Numbered from the stretch's first letter, positions 27,440 through 44,915 are shown. The stretch is DNA of 64,000 nucleotides from Eledone cirrhosa (GCA_964016885.1 OZ024740.1:142538001-142602000); one strand, 5' to 3'. Notes: generated by a model not told the origin, from the sequence alone. A program made the numbers and translations.

Positions 27440-27785
27440 TCTGTCATTTTCGTTTACAATTTTATTTACATCATTCTTAAACTCCGGGGCTGGAAATCAT
27501 TCGGTTATTTTAAATAGAATATTAGTCTAACGACTCCATTTACACCATAAACTTGGTCTTGTCTTTGCATGAAATTGTTCTTCTCTGACCACATAACGAC
27601 GTATTATCCTCGCCTTTTTTCCGTTCATTAGCAGGGAACATCTTCACGAACCAAAATATCGTCTTCCTGTTTCCCTTCGGTTGCAACTTTTCTCGAAATA
27701 TTTAATTCTGCGTTCACAGATTGAATTTATTAGTTTAAGAAGATCCCGTTAATGTTGAAAGCAGCGATTCTTTGCTTAAACTTTC
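27440..27785 (+). mobile_element. Repeat family D (probable Penelope-like 3' end)
   Basis: Homologous to 44420-44915, 43445-43655 (inverted) and 9733-9790; ends GAAAGCAGCGATTCTTTGCTTAAACTTT. Confidence 0.65.
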
Positions 27786-27907
27786 CTTCTTTCTCAACCC
27801 CTCTCCCTTTTTTCACATACCCTCTCTATCTCTCTCTCTCTTTCTCTCACTCATACCCCCTCTCTCTCTCTTCCTCTACAGAATGGAGAACAATAAAGAA
27901 CCCGCAG

Positions 27908-28016
<109 letters not shown>

Positions 28017-28157
28017 TATGTATGTGTGTGTGTATGCGTTCGTCGCCATTCTCTCTCTCTCTATCTATCTGATTATCCTCTCTCTGTATAACGACCTTTC
28101 TCACTCTCTCTCTCTACATCTCCCTTTCTCTCTTTAGATGTATATGTATATGTGTGT

Positions 28158-28195
<38 letters not shown>

Positions 28196-28384
28196 GAGAG
28201 AGAGTTGCAACATATATGTAGTTTCATAGATTTTTGAAGTAGTGAGAATGAAAATATAAATGAATTTACAGTAGAATAACTTAACAAATATGTTTTAAAT
28301 ATATACATAAATAACATTACAAATGCCTCGGTAACACTTCAAAGGATGATACAATGAAAGATATATTCCTTCAATGCTACAATA

Positions 28385-28900
28385 TTAAAGAAAATGTAAA
28401 GGAAGCGGTGAACAACGGAGTCAACACCAGAGGAAAAGACAGCAACGTCGCGAATACTGGGCAACCTCTCTAATGATTTTTGAGGCAAACCGGCACATTC
28501 GGGTGATGGCGAGGCTGATGCGCTGAAATATTGTTTTAAAAGACTTTTTAATGGAAATGAAGCAAAATGGAAGCTTAATGTTGAAATTCGAACTCATGAA
28601 TTTTGCAGGTTAAAATTTTGCTGGCCCGAAAACTTCGCGTACTTTTGTACCTTTGCACGTTTATTCGTAACGTAAATAGATAAACAAATGACGCCATAAA
28701 AGGGAAATAACTCGTCTCTCATCTTTATTTATACATTTGAACTGAAAAATCAATACATTACAAATTCGATTTTTGCACTTGGCGTGGGTCGATTTGAAAT
28801 TTTTTGACGATGTCTCCGCCGGACCTTCATCTATAAGTGTAGCAATTTCACCGAAATTTGAACGTACGGTTTAGGAGGAGATGTGTGCCGACTGTTTTAG

Positions 28901-28939
<39 letters not shown>

Positions 28940-29529
28940 CCTCAGTTTTATATATATAGACAAGATTAAAGAAAATGTAAAGGAAGGGGTGAACAATGGA
29001 GCCAACACCAGAGCAAAAGACAGCAGCGTCGCGAGTACTGGGCAACCTCTCTAATGATTTTGAGGCAAGCCAGCACACTTGCAGCGTTGCCTCGGGTGAG
29101 GGCAAGGCTTATGCGCTGAAATATTGTTTTAAAAGACTTTTTAATGGAAATGAAGCAAAATGGAAGCTTAATGTTGAAACGTAGAACTCGTGAATTTTGC
29201 AGGTTAAAATTTTGCTCGGTCTAAAACTGTATTTTTGTACGCGTAGTTTGTTCGTAACGTAAATAGATAAATAAATGACGCCATAAAAGGGAAATAACTC
29301 GTCTCTCATCTCTATTTATACATTTGAACTGAAAAAATCAATACATTACAAATTCGATTTTTGCACTTGGCGTGGGTCGATTTGAAATTTTTTGACCGAT
29401 GTCTCCGCCGGACCTTCATCTATAAGTGTAGCAATTTCACAGAAATTTGAACGTACGGTTTAGGAGGAGATGTGTGCCGACCGTTTTAGTAGGCAGACAG
29501 ACAGACAACCCCAGTTTTATATATATAGA
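28385..29529 (-). mobile_element. Tandem pair (~580-bp unit) of Helitron 5' portions
   Basis: ATTAAAGAAAATGTAAAGGAAG at 28385 and 28965. Each unit ends (GACA)n-AC(C/T)CAGTTTTATATATATAGA, i.e. a TC...(TGTC)n Helitron 5' end on the minus strand. Confidence 0.75.
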
Positions 29530-30075
29530 CTAGCAGAAAACCACCCGGTGAGCGGTTTTCTGCTAGCAAATCTAGTGTATATACTGATATTGTTGAGATT
29601 TGGATGAGAAATGTTTTCGGAACCACATCTTCACCGTCTCTCGGTGTGTCTTTTATGCATGTATAAATATATATGTTATCTATACGGTGAAATCTTTGAA
29701 ATAAATATATGTTAAAACGAAAAAGGAGAAAAAGAGATTAGTGACGGAAATATAAACGTTATGATACATAAACGTTATGATATAACGATGGAAATATATC
29801 TTCAAATGGTCCTTGGCATGGTGTCAAGTCAGAACCGCCTCGAACTGGTTACTTCTGGCTTGTGCAAGGTGTCTCTATAGCAACCAGCGATTCCCTCGGC
29901 CTCAGTGACCAAAGTCAGTGGAGAGCGGAAGGTAATGTTTCTATAGCAACAGTGTTTCTCTTGGTAGTACCAAAGTGGAGAAAGGAAGGGGAAGGTAATA
30001 TTTCTGTAGCACCTACATTTGAGTTTTAGGGAAGGACAGACAGACAGACAGACAAACAGAGAAATGCCCATATAT
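29530..30075 (-). mobile_element. Non-autonomous Helitron-like element
   Basis: CTAGCAGAAAACCACCCGG terminus at 29530; (GACA)n near the other end at 30035-30058. Confidence 0.55.
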
Positions 30076-30078
30076 TTC

Positions 30079-30141
<63 letters not shown>

Positions 30142-30406
30142 CACACATAGAAATGTATATATATTTCTGTGTGTATATATATATATTACACACACAGAAA
30201 TGTATATATATTTCTGTGTGTATATATATTTCTGTGTGTGTATATATATATATATTACACACACAGAAATGTATATATATATTTCTTAGAACAAAATTAT
30301 TATTAATGTTTTGCTGTTCATAACAATTGGAATTGAAAAATTACTTTTGAAATTATTAGTTATTTTACTAATGCTTAGATATGTAAAAATGAAGCAATGT
30401 TTCTAA

Positions 30407-30597
30407 TAATTGTTTCTACTTTTGCACAAGGCCAGAAATTACCCAGTACATTACTGGTACTTTATTTTATCGACCCCGTGAGGATGAAAGGCAAAGTTAA
30501 CCTCGGCGGTATTTGAACTCAGACCGTAAAGGGACATAACTCCATGCTATGAAGCATGGTGTCCGACTCTCTACAGATTCTGCCAATCCACCGCCCT
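30407..30597 (-). mobile_element. Full-length tRNA-derived SINE
   Basis: Reverse complement of the whole family consensus from GGCGGTGGATTGGCAG to AGTAGAAACAATTATT. Confidence 0.9.
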
Positions 30598-31529
30598 AAT
30601 GTCTGTACGTAATGAGGGAGTGAGAGGGGAGAGAAAGAAAGGCAGAGGTGAAGTGACGAAGTGACTCTCTCCTCCTCCTCCTCCTCCATCTCCCCATTCG
30701 TCACAGCGATAGAGGGGAGGAATGTTAGTGTGTTACAAAGAGAAAGAGTGAGAGTGAGAGAAACAAACAGACTAAAAGAGAGGGATAGCTGGAGAGAGAG
30801 AGAGAGATAGCAACCACGCGCGCACGTGTTTCCACTGTCGGACAGACAGACAGAGAAATTGCTGGTTATATATTATAAGGAGATTTACCTTTCTACTTAC
30901 ATGGCGCCTTTTCATTAAACACTGGCATTCATTCAGTCGTTCATTATATCTTTCATTCCTTCTTATTTGCTTTATAAATAGTATAAAACATCAAAGACAG
31001 CAAAGACAGAGCCTGTGCCTGGATATTTAGCACCCTATGCTACCTCTACAATGTGCGCCCGATTAACTAAAATAAAAAATTCAACTCACATTTTAGTAAG
31101 CCGACGAACCTAGTTTTTGACATTTGCTCTGAACACACTTTGACTACACTCACCAACGTCAAATTATTCAACAGGTTACAAACTCCATAGCACACTCTAC
31201 AAACTTTGGATATTTCCACGACGCTATTACAGCGCAAAGATGTTTAATAATTTATTTATTGATCGCAAAAGATTGTTTATTTTAGTTATGCTAATTTGTA
31301 TAAAACTGTAATTCTTTATGGTCCAGTAATGAGTATCGCTTAGGTCTGCTCACTAGACGGCTGTCTAGTTGGTTTTAATGGTAGCGCCAGTCGTGTGCAA
31401 TAAACGGTAACACATTTCTCGATCAACTTCTAAATGAAATTACAACTCCCACAACATTTAGAATGCTGTTAGTTGATTCCTATGCCAGGAAAGTGTGTGG
31501 GTGCGTGCGTGTTCGTGAAGGTACACACG

Positions 31530-31661
<132 letters not shown>

Positions 31662-32161
31662 TATATACTACATATATTCCTATTACGATTAAAAGTGTGC
31701 ACATCTACTGCCCGGCTGACAGATCATCCAGTTTGAACAAATGCACGACAGCGCTGATGTTGTTCTTCGCCAAATTCTGTTCCACAGCTGTCATAAAACA
31801 ATAAAACAAAGTCGGAGCAAAGTAGTTATCTAAGGGCCAATGGCAGAGAAGATGATATACAGATAAATAACTGCAATAAAAAAATGATTCTGCTTGAAAT
31901 TCAGTCGGACACCACCGTGTGTATGTGAGCGTTATATTGAAAACATGATTATGTTCATTTTGTACGTTTGTATTAAGGTTTCTCAAATTTACTTATTAGT
32001 TTTTTTATACTTCTAAATTCCTGTATGTATTAATTTTTCGAGACGTTCACAGCCCCGTCTTCAGAATAAGAATGGTCATATTAGTGGCGTATTGCTTACG
32101 TACTTAGCAATAGTCGTAATGGATTATGCGAGTAGTAGGAAATCATGGGTACCAGATTTAT

Positions 32162-32242
<81 letters not shown>

Positions 32243-32255
32243 ATATATTATATAT

Positions 32256-32566
32256 AGAGTTATAAACTCAAACAGTCTTTTACAATTAAATAGCTCAAAG
32301 AAAGAGATATTTCCGAGCCGTGTAATACAAATGAATATATGATAAACACTAATACAAGTATATAAGTGTTTGTATTGCAAATGACCAAGTTAGCTAGATT
32401 GAAAAATACTAATTAAATTAATACAGTTTGCCTGTCTCGATTTAAAATAATAAATCAATAAAAACAAACCTATATTTTTCAAACCTATATTTTTCAATCT
32501 AGCTAACTTGGTCATTTGCAATACAAACACTTATATACTTGTATTAGTGTTTATCATATATTCATA
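32256..32566. mobile_element. Fold-back element family C in (TA)n
   Basis: Arms 32331-32408 and 32488-32565 are near-perfect inverted copies; homolog at 38480-38870. Confidence 0.75.
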
Positions 32567-32590
32567 TATGTATATATATATATATATGTG

Positions 32591-32654
<64 letters not shown>

Positions 32655-33279
32655 AGAAAGATATTAAAAAAATAAAATAAATTTTGATTGAGTGCAGAAA
32701 AATCCCATTTGACCTTATACGCTGAAAGACGGAAAGGAAAAAATTCAGAAAGATGGATACAAAATGCAAAAAATGTTGATGTTGACATAAGGTTAACTAC
32801 TGTGACTGAAAAAAAAAACCCCAATAAATTACTTCTTAAAATCATGCAATTCATGCTCTTGCATGGGAAAAGACCGAGTGGGTTATTAAATTTATGGAAT
32901 AAATTCAGCATGCGATTAACTTTTTTTGAAAAAGAAAACATTGCAAATACATATTCGTGCAAAGGCGTCATCTATAACATATATAACATATATAAAGGTC
33001 GTGTGACTGAGTCTTTCAGGGAAAAATATGCGTGAAAACTTCCACGTGCGTGTGAAAAAAAAAGAGGTATATTAAAATTACTAAATTAAATATTCGGTCG
33101 ATTAAATTGTAACTGAATTCGTGTAATAGATTATGTATGTATGTATGTATGTATGTATGTATGTATGTATGTATGTATGTATGTATGTATGTATGTATGT
33201 ATGTATGTATGTATGTATGCATGCATGCACGTATATATATATGGGAGGAGAGAAAGAACTAAAGAAATACGATGATGTA

Positions 33280-33310
<31 letters not shown>

Positions 33311-33316
<6 letters not shown>

Positions 33317-33483
33317 AAGGACTTGTGGTAAGGAACCAGATGGACCATAACGCACCAGAGTACTCAATACTTAGGGTAGTAGAGTGGGAAATAGGAAAAA
33401 GTATGACCCCGACGGCAGAGCTCAAGCCGTTTCGACGGCTATTTCTCGTCGAGAAATAGCCGTCGAAACGGCTTGAGCTTTTT

Positions 33484-33486
<3 letters not shown>
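33311..33486 (-). mobile_element. Fold-back element family A copy
   Basis: AAGCCGTTTCGACGGCTATTTCTCGTCGAGAAATAGCCGTCGAAACGGCTT palindrome; conserved tail; (TA)n on both sides. Confidence 0.85.
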
Positions 33487-33549
<63 letters not shown>

Positions 33550-33698
33550 ATTATAATGAAACATAATCACGTGACACCCATTTGGTGTATATCTCTGTTA
33601 CGGAAGTTGTAATGTGCATATAAGTCATTGGTCCGGATGTGCAATTCAATAGTTTGGAGAAATAGAAAAATAAATCTTATATTACGGAGAATGTCGCA

Positions 33699-33733
<35 letters not shown>

Positions 33734-33821
33734 GTGTGTGTGTGCATGCGACATTCTCCGTAATATAAGATTTCTTTTTCTATTTCTCCAATTTATAGCA
33801 TGCACATCCAGAGCAAAGACT

Positions 33822-33885
<64 letters not shown>

Positions 33886-34027
33886 GTATAGTAAAGAGTA
33901 AGGATTCCCTTCGAGAGAGAGAGAGACGTACGTACACATACCAGCATGTATAAATTAATCGGTGTATCGAACGATGCAGAAGTTTTAGGATCTCATCATA
34001 TTTTCTGTAACTAACAACGTCGTAAAA

Positions 34028-34148
34028 AATAATTGTTTCTACTTTTGGCACAAGGCCAGCAATTACTCAGTGCATTACTGGTACTTTATTTTATCGACCC
34101 CATAATGATGAAAGGCAAAGTTCACCTCGGCGGGATTTGAACTCAGAC
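34028..34148 (-). mobile_element. SINE
   Basis: Reverse complement of the consensus 3' two-thirds; a more degenerate copy follows at 34320-34480. Confidence 0.85.
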
Positions 34149-35284
34149 TGTTGTAAAAAATAATGTTTTGACGACACATAATATACGGTTATATGTTTGA
34201 TAATTATTAAAGAAAATTATAGTAATTGATTTAAATGAATGAAATTATTGATATGAATTCCGAAACGAACTGCCTAACCACACGACCATGCCTTCACCTA
34301 TGCTGACAATAATTATAATAATAATTGCTTCTAATTTAGACCATACTAAGAATTTCGGAGTACTGGCTAAAAAATTAAACTAACCCCAGTAAATGCCTAG
34401 TACTTCATTTTGTCGGTCCCGGAAGAATGTAAGCCAAAGTTAACATCAGCAGGATATGAATTCAGATCGTAAAGAGCAAGAATCAATAATAATGATTTCT
34501 TTGATTGAAAAAAAACAACATCTACAATGACGACAAAGACTACAACTACTGAAGATTGGAAATTACGAAGTTCAAAGAAAACTCGGTGATTTAAGGTGTC
34601 GTCACATAGAATCTTGTAATCAAAAACGTATAAGATTAAATATGATTTTACTACACACCTCGTCGTCTTACTGATATATATATTTATATATATATATGTA
34701 TTTAATGTATTTAATATATATATACTGTATATATGGTTATGTCTATGTGAAAGATAGATAGATAGACAAGTAAGATTTTTGATACTAAGCGCGAAAAGAG
34801 GTGAGAAAAATAATCAAAATTCAAGTCTAACACCCTACAGCTAAAGTCAAACTAATTTGGCATTATCTATTCTGAAGACATATAATGAGCTGGAAGGCAT
34901 TTAGAGGCCCGTTTACAATGAGATAAAAGTTCAGGTCTTTACTTCAATCAGACCGTAAGAATCCTGTAGCAAAATAAGTAACTATTCACAGTGTAGCTTC
35001 GAACAAGTGATAATAAATGTATGCACGCTTATCTCCCTAAGAAGCCAAATATATTTCGACAACCAGTTGCAAAGGAGAGCCTGTGTTGCTAAATCCGAAA
35101 TTTTCAAGTTGTTCGGTCAAATCAATGTAAGATTTCTATCTTCAGTTGCCGCTCAGAAGCAACTTTTATAGGTATACTAATGACATCACAAGGAAATTAC
35201 CATCAACAGATCAATTTTCCTGATTGACACAGTTACAGGTAGACGCAGAATTTGAATTTCCTGCATGCTCTCTCTCTCTTTCTT

Positions 35285-35335
<51 letters not shown>

Positions 35336-35372
35336 CAAGTAAGAATATTTTCGAAACAGCGAGTGGATTTGA

Positions 35373-35606
35373 AATTATTAAAAATGTTAGCTATCGCCGT
35401 ATTTTGACTAAAGAAATTAAAGAAATTATTTAGCCTGATAGTGGGGTTAAGAACCCTTGGAGAAATGGAAAAAAGATGAGTATTGACGTACATGTACGTC
35501 AATACTCATCATTTTCCATTTCTCCAAGGGTTCTTAACCCCACTATCAGGCTAAATAATTTCTTTAATTTCTTTAGTCAAAATACGGCGATAGCTAACAT
35601 TTCTAA

Positions 35607-35611
<5 letters not shown>
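35373..35611. repeat. Near-perfect ~240-bp spacerless palindrome abutting (TA)n
   Basis: Centre GAGTATTGACGTACA|TGTACGTCAATACTC at 35492/35493; arms match except for a small indel and a few substitutions. Confidence 0.95.
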
Positions 35612-35655
<44 letters not shown>

Positions 35656-36035
35656 TTAGGGGAATCGTGTCTTTATTCCATGTTTGACTTAAATGTCGTA
35701 TATTTAATTATGTCTCGGAAACGTAACCTTATTACATAACATTCTGTCTGATGATGAAGTTTGATTGGTTGCGTGATTGAACCATCACGTAGCCTTGATC
35801 GCCACAAGTTGCCTACCTTTGTTTGTTTTGATAAGGTTACCTCCATTTTCATTTACAAAATTTAAGGTATTTGTCTAGTGATACGATAACTTCGAGATGA
35901 CCTGCACTTTGTACTCTCCTGTATTTCTAAGATCTCTATGGATGGAAGCCATTTCTAATTATGGCAGGCTAAATAAGTTGTGGAAAAAAACTTAAGTACC
36001 TGTATATGTCACTGTTGAAACTGATTATATATAAA

Positions 36036-36370
<335 letters not shown>

Positions 36371-36399
36371 CCGGTTTTCAATATATTTATATATATATC

Positions 36400-36640
36400 T
36401 ACTACTGATGATGTCGCAGATGTGTGACGAAAGAAATTTGATCGACTATATATATATATATAATTTTTTTTTTTTTTTTAACCGTTGGTCAATCAATGAT
36501 AAACATTGATTGCCAGATATATTAACTATGGAGATATAAAAGATACAGAAGCAAAAACCAACCGAAACCAAACAGTGAGTGTGTTCTGTTATTATTTCTG
36601 GCAATATTATAACAATATGACCCTCCCCAAGTATAACTAT
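36400..36640 (+). mobile_element. Family B-related element with degenerate hammerhead core
   Basis: CTGATGA-tGTCGCA ga TGTGTGAC-GAAA at 36405-36432; ends ATGACCCTCCCCAAGTATAAC(TA)n like family B. Confidence 0.65.
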
Positions 36641-36858
36641 ATATATATAAACAGAAAATGCACAGTTGCATGGAACAAATGACAGCCGTATCCCCTGAAC
36701 ATCAACTAACTTGCTTTTCGAAAATTTTCGGCAGCCTTTTAAAAATCTGCATAGATGTGTGCTTATGTATGTACGTATGTATACATATATAAGTATATGG
36801 TAATGTGTGTATACATGTGTTTGCATGTATATGCATTAAATTATGTATGTACTTGTTA

Positions 36859-36968
<110 letters not shown>

Positions 36969-37088
36969 GTGTATATATGCCTGTGAAAGTAAACGCACAA
37001 TAGTAATGATAACGATAACCATGTTTGGTACATATTGTTTGGATATTTCAGTATCCGTACATACGAATGTTTATCCGTATATACGAAT

Positions 37089-38122
<1,034 letters not shown>

Positions 38123-38234
38123 CATATATATATACATATATAAATGCACATACATACGTAATGACACATGTATATATATTTATATATGCTTACATGAAGA
38201 TACAGCTATATACACACCACCAGACACTTATATA

Positions 38235-38284
<50 letters not shown>

Positions 38285-38589
38285 AATATATATATACTTG
38301 TGAACCAGTCCTACAAAATTTTTTGGAGGTGAAATGTCCTAATTTTTCTGGATTCCTGTTGATAAGCACAGAAGATTTGAATATTTCACTTTTTATACCA
38401 TCGTTGCGAAACATATTTGGGTTTTGAAATTTAAATTTGTCCAGGAATCACGGCTTTTGCCAATATGAGTTTGTTTCTATTGATTTATATCGAGACAGAC
38501 AAACTATATTTATTTTAATTAGTTTATTTCATTCTAGCTAACTTCGTCTTTTGCAATACAAACACCTATGTGTTTATCATATATTAAAT

Positions 38590-38780
38590 TGATTGGTGGA
38601 TTGGCAGTATCAGTAGAGGGTGGGACGCCATGCTTTCCAGCATAGTTACGTCCCTTTACGATCTGAGTTCAAATCCCGCCTAGGTTGACTTTGCCTTTCA
38701 TCCTTACGGGGTCGATAAAATAAAGTACCAGTAATGCACTGGGTAATTGCTGGCCTTGTGTCTAAAGTAGAAACAATTAA
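38590..38780 (+). mobile_element. SINE inserted into a family C element
   Basis: Near-full consensus; TATATTAA flanks both sides; family C sequence continues on either side. Confidence 0.85.
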
Positions 38781-38895
38781 TTTATATTAACTTGTATTTC
38801 ACGGCTCAGAAATGCTTCTTTCATTGAGCTAATTAATTGTAAATGACTGTTTGAGTTTCAAACTCTAAATATAATATAATATATAAATATATATA

Positions 38896-40828
<1,933 letters not shown>

Positions 40829-41471
40829 TGCGTGGTGGTGTGTATATAGCTGTATCTTCATGTAAGCATATATAAATATATATACATGTGTCATTACGTA
40901 TGTATGTGCATTTATGTGTGTGTGCGTGTACATATGCATGTGATGTGAAGTTATACACAAAATGGTGGTCATGATGATGACGATGATAATTATGTATTTA
41001 CATGTGTATGTGTGATCATGTTTTGTGCAGTTTTGAGTGTGCGTGAGTAAGAAGATGGCAGAATAAATATACTATATTTTTTTCTTTTTCATATCTTAAT
41101 ATTTAATGATTTTTGAAACTGACAGACCCATCAAATTTGTCATTATATTGGCCCCATCTATAACTTTTGCCACATATATTGTGTCACGTAAAAATTATTT
41201 CCACAGAACTCTTAGTAGCAGCAGAGAGCAATCTCAGTTTTATATATATATATATATATGTGAGAAAAACCACAGACCCTCCATCTCAACTCTACTTTTG
41301 AAAAGCAGAAGAACTGCGAAACCGGTAGAGGAACCAAATAAATATATATATATATTTTTAAATAAGACTCCAGTTGCATTTTCGATTTCTTCTTTTTTTT
41401 CTTTATACTTTCACTCGTATAGGACACCTCGGTTATTTTTCATTTTGTAAAGAAAACCTCACTTTCTAATA

Positions 41472-41553
<82 letters not shown>

Positions 41554-41587
41554 CATACATATATATACGTGTGTATATGTATGTATG

Positions 41588-41693
<106 letters not shown>

Positions 41694-41756
41694 CACTGAT
41701 GAGGGACTAATTTTATAATATGTAATCCATGTGCAACCTTGCAGTATTCTTCTCCC

Positions 41757-41855
<99 letters not shown>

Positions 41856-42049
41856 AGATAATATCAGTACATCAAACTTTATAATGACAAACACTTATGA
41901 CACGAGTGTGCCGCTCTTTAAATATGTGAAGCCGTTAATCCAGAAACAAGCAAACAATAAATGGAAAGATAGCGAAGGATTACAAACACTGTGGGTTTAA
42001 TGTCAGAGTATCTTACTCCCATGATGATTTACATAAACATATAGATACA

Positions 42050-42149
<100 letters not shown>

Positions 42150-42355
42150 ATATGTACTATTCGATGTCCATTGACCTTTCTGAGTTCATCAGCAATTTGA
42201 AGTGTTTTATTTTTCATCCAGCACAATATGCAAAATCCATCATTTCACCAAACAGTCTTGATGGAGTTTCCGGTTTAGTCCCAAATAGTTTGACCATGCA
42301 CAATTTCTACTGGGTTACATCATCACCAGCAGCGAGTTCCTCTCTCTCTCTCTCC

Positions 42356-42455
<100 letters not shown>

Positions 42456-42490
42456 GCTTATGTGTGTGTGCGTGTGTGTCTGTGTGTCTT

Positions 42491-42533
<43 letters not shown>

Positions 42534-42537
<4 letters not shown>

Positions 42538-42652
42538 AAGTATGACCCCGACGGCAGAGCTCATACTTTTTCCTGTTACCCACTCTACTACCCTAACTAT
42601 TGAGTACTCTGGTACATTATGGTCCATCTGGTTCCTTACCACAATTCCTTCG

Positions 42653-42654
<2 letters not shown>
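42534..42654 (+). mobile_element. Fold-back element family A, collapsed copy
   Basis: GAAAAAGTATGACCCCGACGGCAGAGCTCATACTTTTTCC plus the conserved tail ending CCTTCGTTATATA. Confidence 0.8.
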
Positions 42655-42711
<57 letters not shown>

Positions 42712-42714
<3 letters not shown>

Positions 42715-43376
42715 TATTTTCCGTTGTGTTGTAATATAAATATTACACACAGTAGATTATCAGCTCACGTAGAGTTTGCTCGACGGTTCCAGTTGTAGTT
42801 CCAAAAGTAATCCGGAGAAAAATAGAAAGATTTGAATGGATACAGTTTAGTTGAAAGGAATTTATTGACACGTGTTTCTATAACAGTTACATAACCTAAA
42901 ACAGCTGCTATCTACAAACTTTTAGTTATGCAGACATTCAATATTTTAATGTTATTATTTACTGTCATTTCATCAGAATAATATTACTGAGGACCTATTT
43001 AGTTTTTATAGAGAATATTAGGAGGGAGGGGTGAAGTTGTTAGAAGAATAGTTGAAGGAGTGGTTTTTCGATAGCAGTGAGAATTCTTGGTGGCAGTGAG
43101 TAATTAGATTCCCATCTGTTGTTTTGACATTTTTTATAGAATATATTATTGGTTATTTTTCTAAATCTATAGAAGGATTAGAGATAGTAAAGATATGCGT
43201 GGTTGGTTTTGTGTTTGCACTTAATTAACATTAACATTGAAATATTGAATGTCTGCATAACTAAAAGTTTGTAGATAGCAGCTGTTTTAGGTTATGTAAC
43301 TGTTATAGGTTATGTAACTGTTATAGAAACACGTGTCAATAAATTCCTTTCAACTAAACTGTATCCATTCAAATCT

Positions 43377-43381
<5 letters not shown>
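42712..43381 (-). mobile_element. Penelope-like element 3' end with inverted terminal segment
   Basis: 42824-42955 is inverted relative to 43230-43380. Minus-strand GNLITHCHQEFSLL resembles the PLE C-terminal 'ELISKCRH' motif; contains a hammerhead. Confidence 0.7.
42863..42980 (-). ncRNA. Hammerhead motif with greatly enlarged loop II
   Basis: Minus strand: TATT-CTGATGA-aATGACAGT...(~75 nt)...ACTGTTATa-GAAA-CACGTG-TC^AATA. Confidence 0.7.
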
Positions 43382-43444
<63 letters not shown>

Positions 43445-43451
<7 letters not shown>

Positions 43452-44238
43452 TAACAGATTAAAGTTTAAGGAAAGAATCGCTGCTTTCACCGGGATCTTT
43501 TAACGGGATCTTCTGAAACTAACAAAGTCAATCTGTGAACGCAGAAATGAATATTTCAAAAAACGTTGCAACCGGAGGAAGACAGGAAGACGATACTTTG
43601 ATTCGTGGAAACGTTCCTTGGCAAAGAACGGGAAAAAACGAACATAATACGTCATTATAGTTACACTGGGAGATCCTAGCTAGGGCTAGATCGTATAACG
43701 GAAATAAAAGATGATGTGATCTCTGCGCCGCTGAAGCCCTGGAAATACTCTACGCCAAAGACTTAAACAAAAAATCTCAGGCAATTTCGGCTTGTAAACA
43801 TAAATTGCACAAAACTTTCCTGTATTACAGCCCCACATTAGGATAGTACGAACTATACGCGGATATTTTACGCCTTGATGTGGTAGCTAAGTTTATGTTA
43901 TGTTTATACCATTACTTATTTGTATAGGTAAGTATACATTACCTGTATGTTTTGTGAAGTTACGTATACTATCTCGTACGTATATTTGATTGTATATGTT
44001 ATGGCGTATATATTATTTTTTCTGGTACATATGCTTTTGGTTAATTTCTATACGTGAGTTTTGCGTCTGTGTGAGTATGCGGGTTCGTACGTATGTAGGG
44101 TGTGTGTATATGTGTACTTCGTGTTTTGGTTGACGTTCGTCTCCGAACATAAGTGTATTTACATGTAGGTATGTGTGTGCGCTTGTTATATACGTATTTA
44201 TTTATCTATATACGTTTATTTAATTATATGTATACACG

Positions 44239-44285
<47 letters not shown>

Positions 44286-44915
44286 TATACATATTTTTTT
44301 TTTGTGTGTACGTGCGTGTAAACACTCGCCATGGGTATACGTTGTATACCCATGGCGAGTGTTTTCGCATATGCTTGTGTATGTACGTATATGGATGCAT
44401 GTATGTATTTATTTAATTTCATTTACCTCTGTATTTTATTTACTTTATTCTTAACTCTGAAGCCGAGAATCATTCGGTTTCCTAGTTAGAATTTTAGTCT
44501 ACGACTTCAGTTATACCATTTACGTGGTTTTGTCTTTGCGTGCAATTGTTCTCCCCGCTCCACATATGACGTATTATCTTCGTTATTTTCGTTCATTGCC
44601 AGAGAACGTCTCTATGAACCACCTAATAGAATATTAGTCTACGACTTCTTTTATACTATAAACGTGGTTTTGTCTTTGCGTGTAATTGTTTTTCAGCGCT
44701 CCAAATAATGACGTATTATATTCGATTTTTCCCGTTCTTTGCCAGGGAATGTTACCACGAACCTAAGTATCGTCTTCCTGTCTTCCTCCGGTTGCAACGT
44801 TTTTTGAAATATTCACTTCTGCGTTCACAGATTGACTTTGTTAGTTTCAGAAGATCCCGTTAAGGGTAAAAGCAGCGATTCTTTGCTTAAACTTTAATCT
44901 GTTATTTTAATAAAT
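43445..44915. mobile_element. Family D element with ~210-bp inverted termini
   Basis: 43445-43655 is the inverted copy of 44707-44913; internal tandem subrepeat 44488-44760; perfect hairpin 44320-44364. Confidence 0.7.

Noticed and set aside
41126-41240. Possible second exon of the membrane-protein gene (RPIKFVIILAPSITFATYIVSRK, phase-compatible)
   Set aside because: Weak acceptor, no donor found, and the segment ends in CTCAGTTTTATATATATA like the Helitron 5' ends, so it is probably TE-derived.
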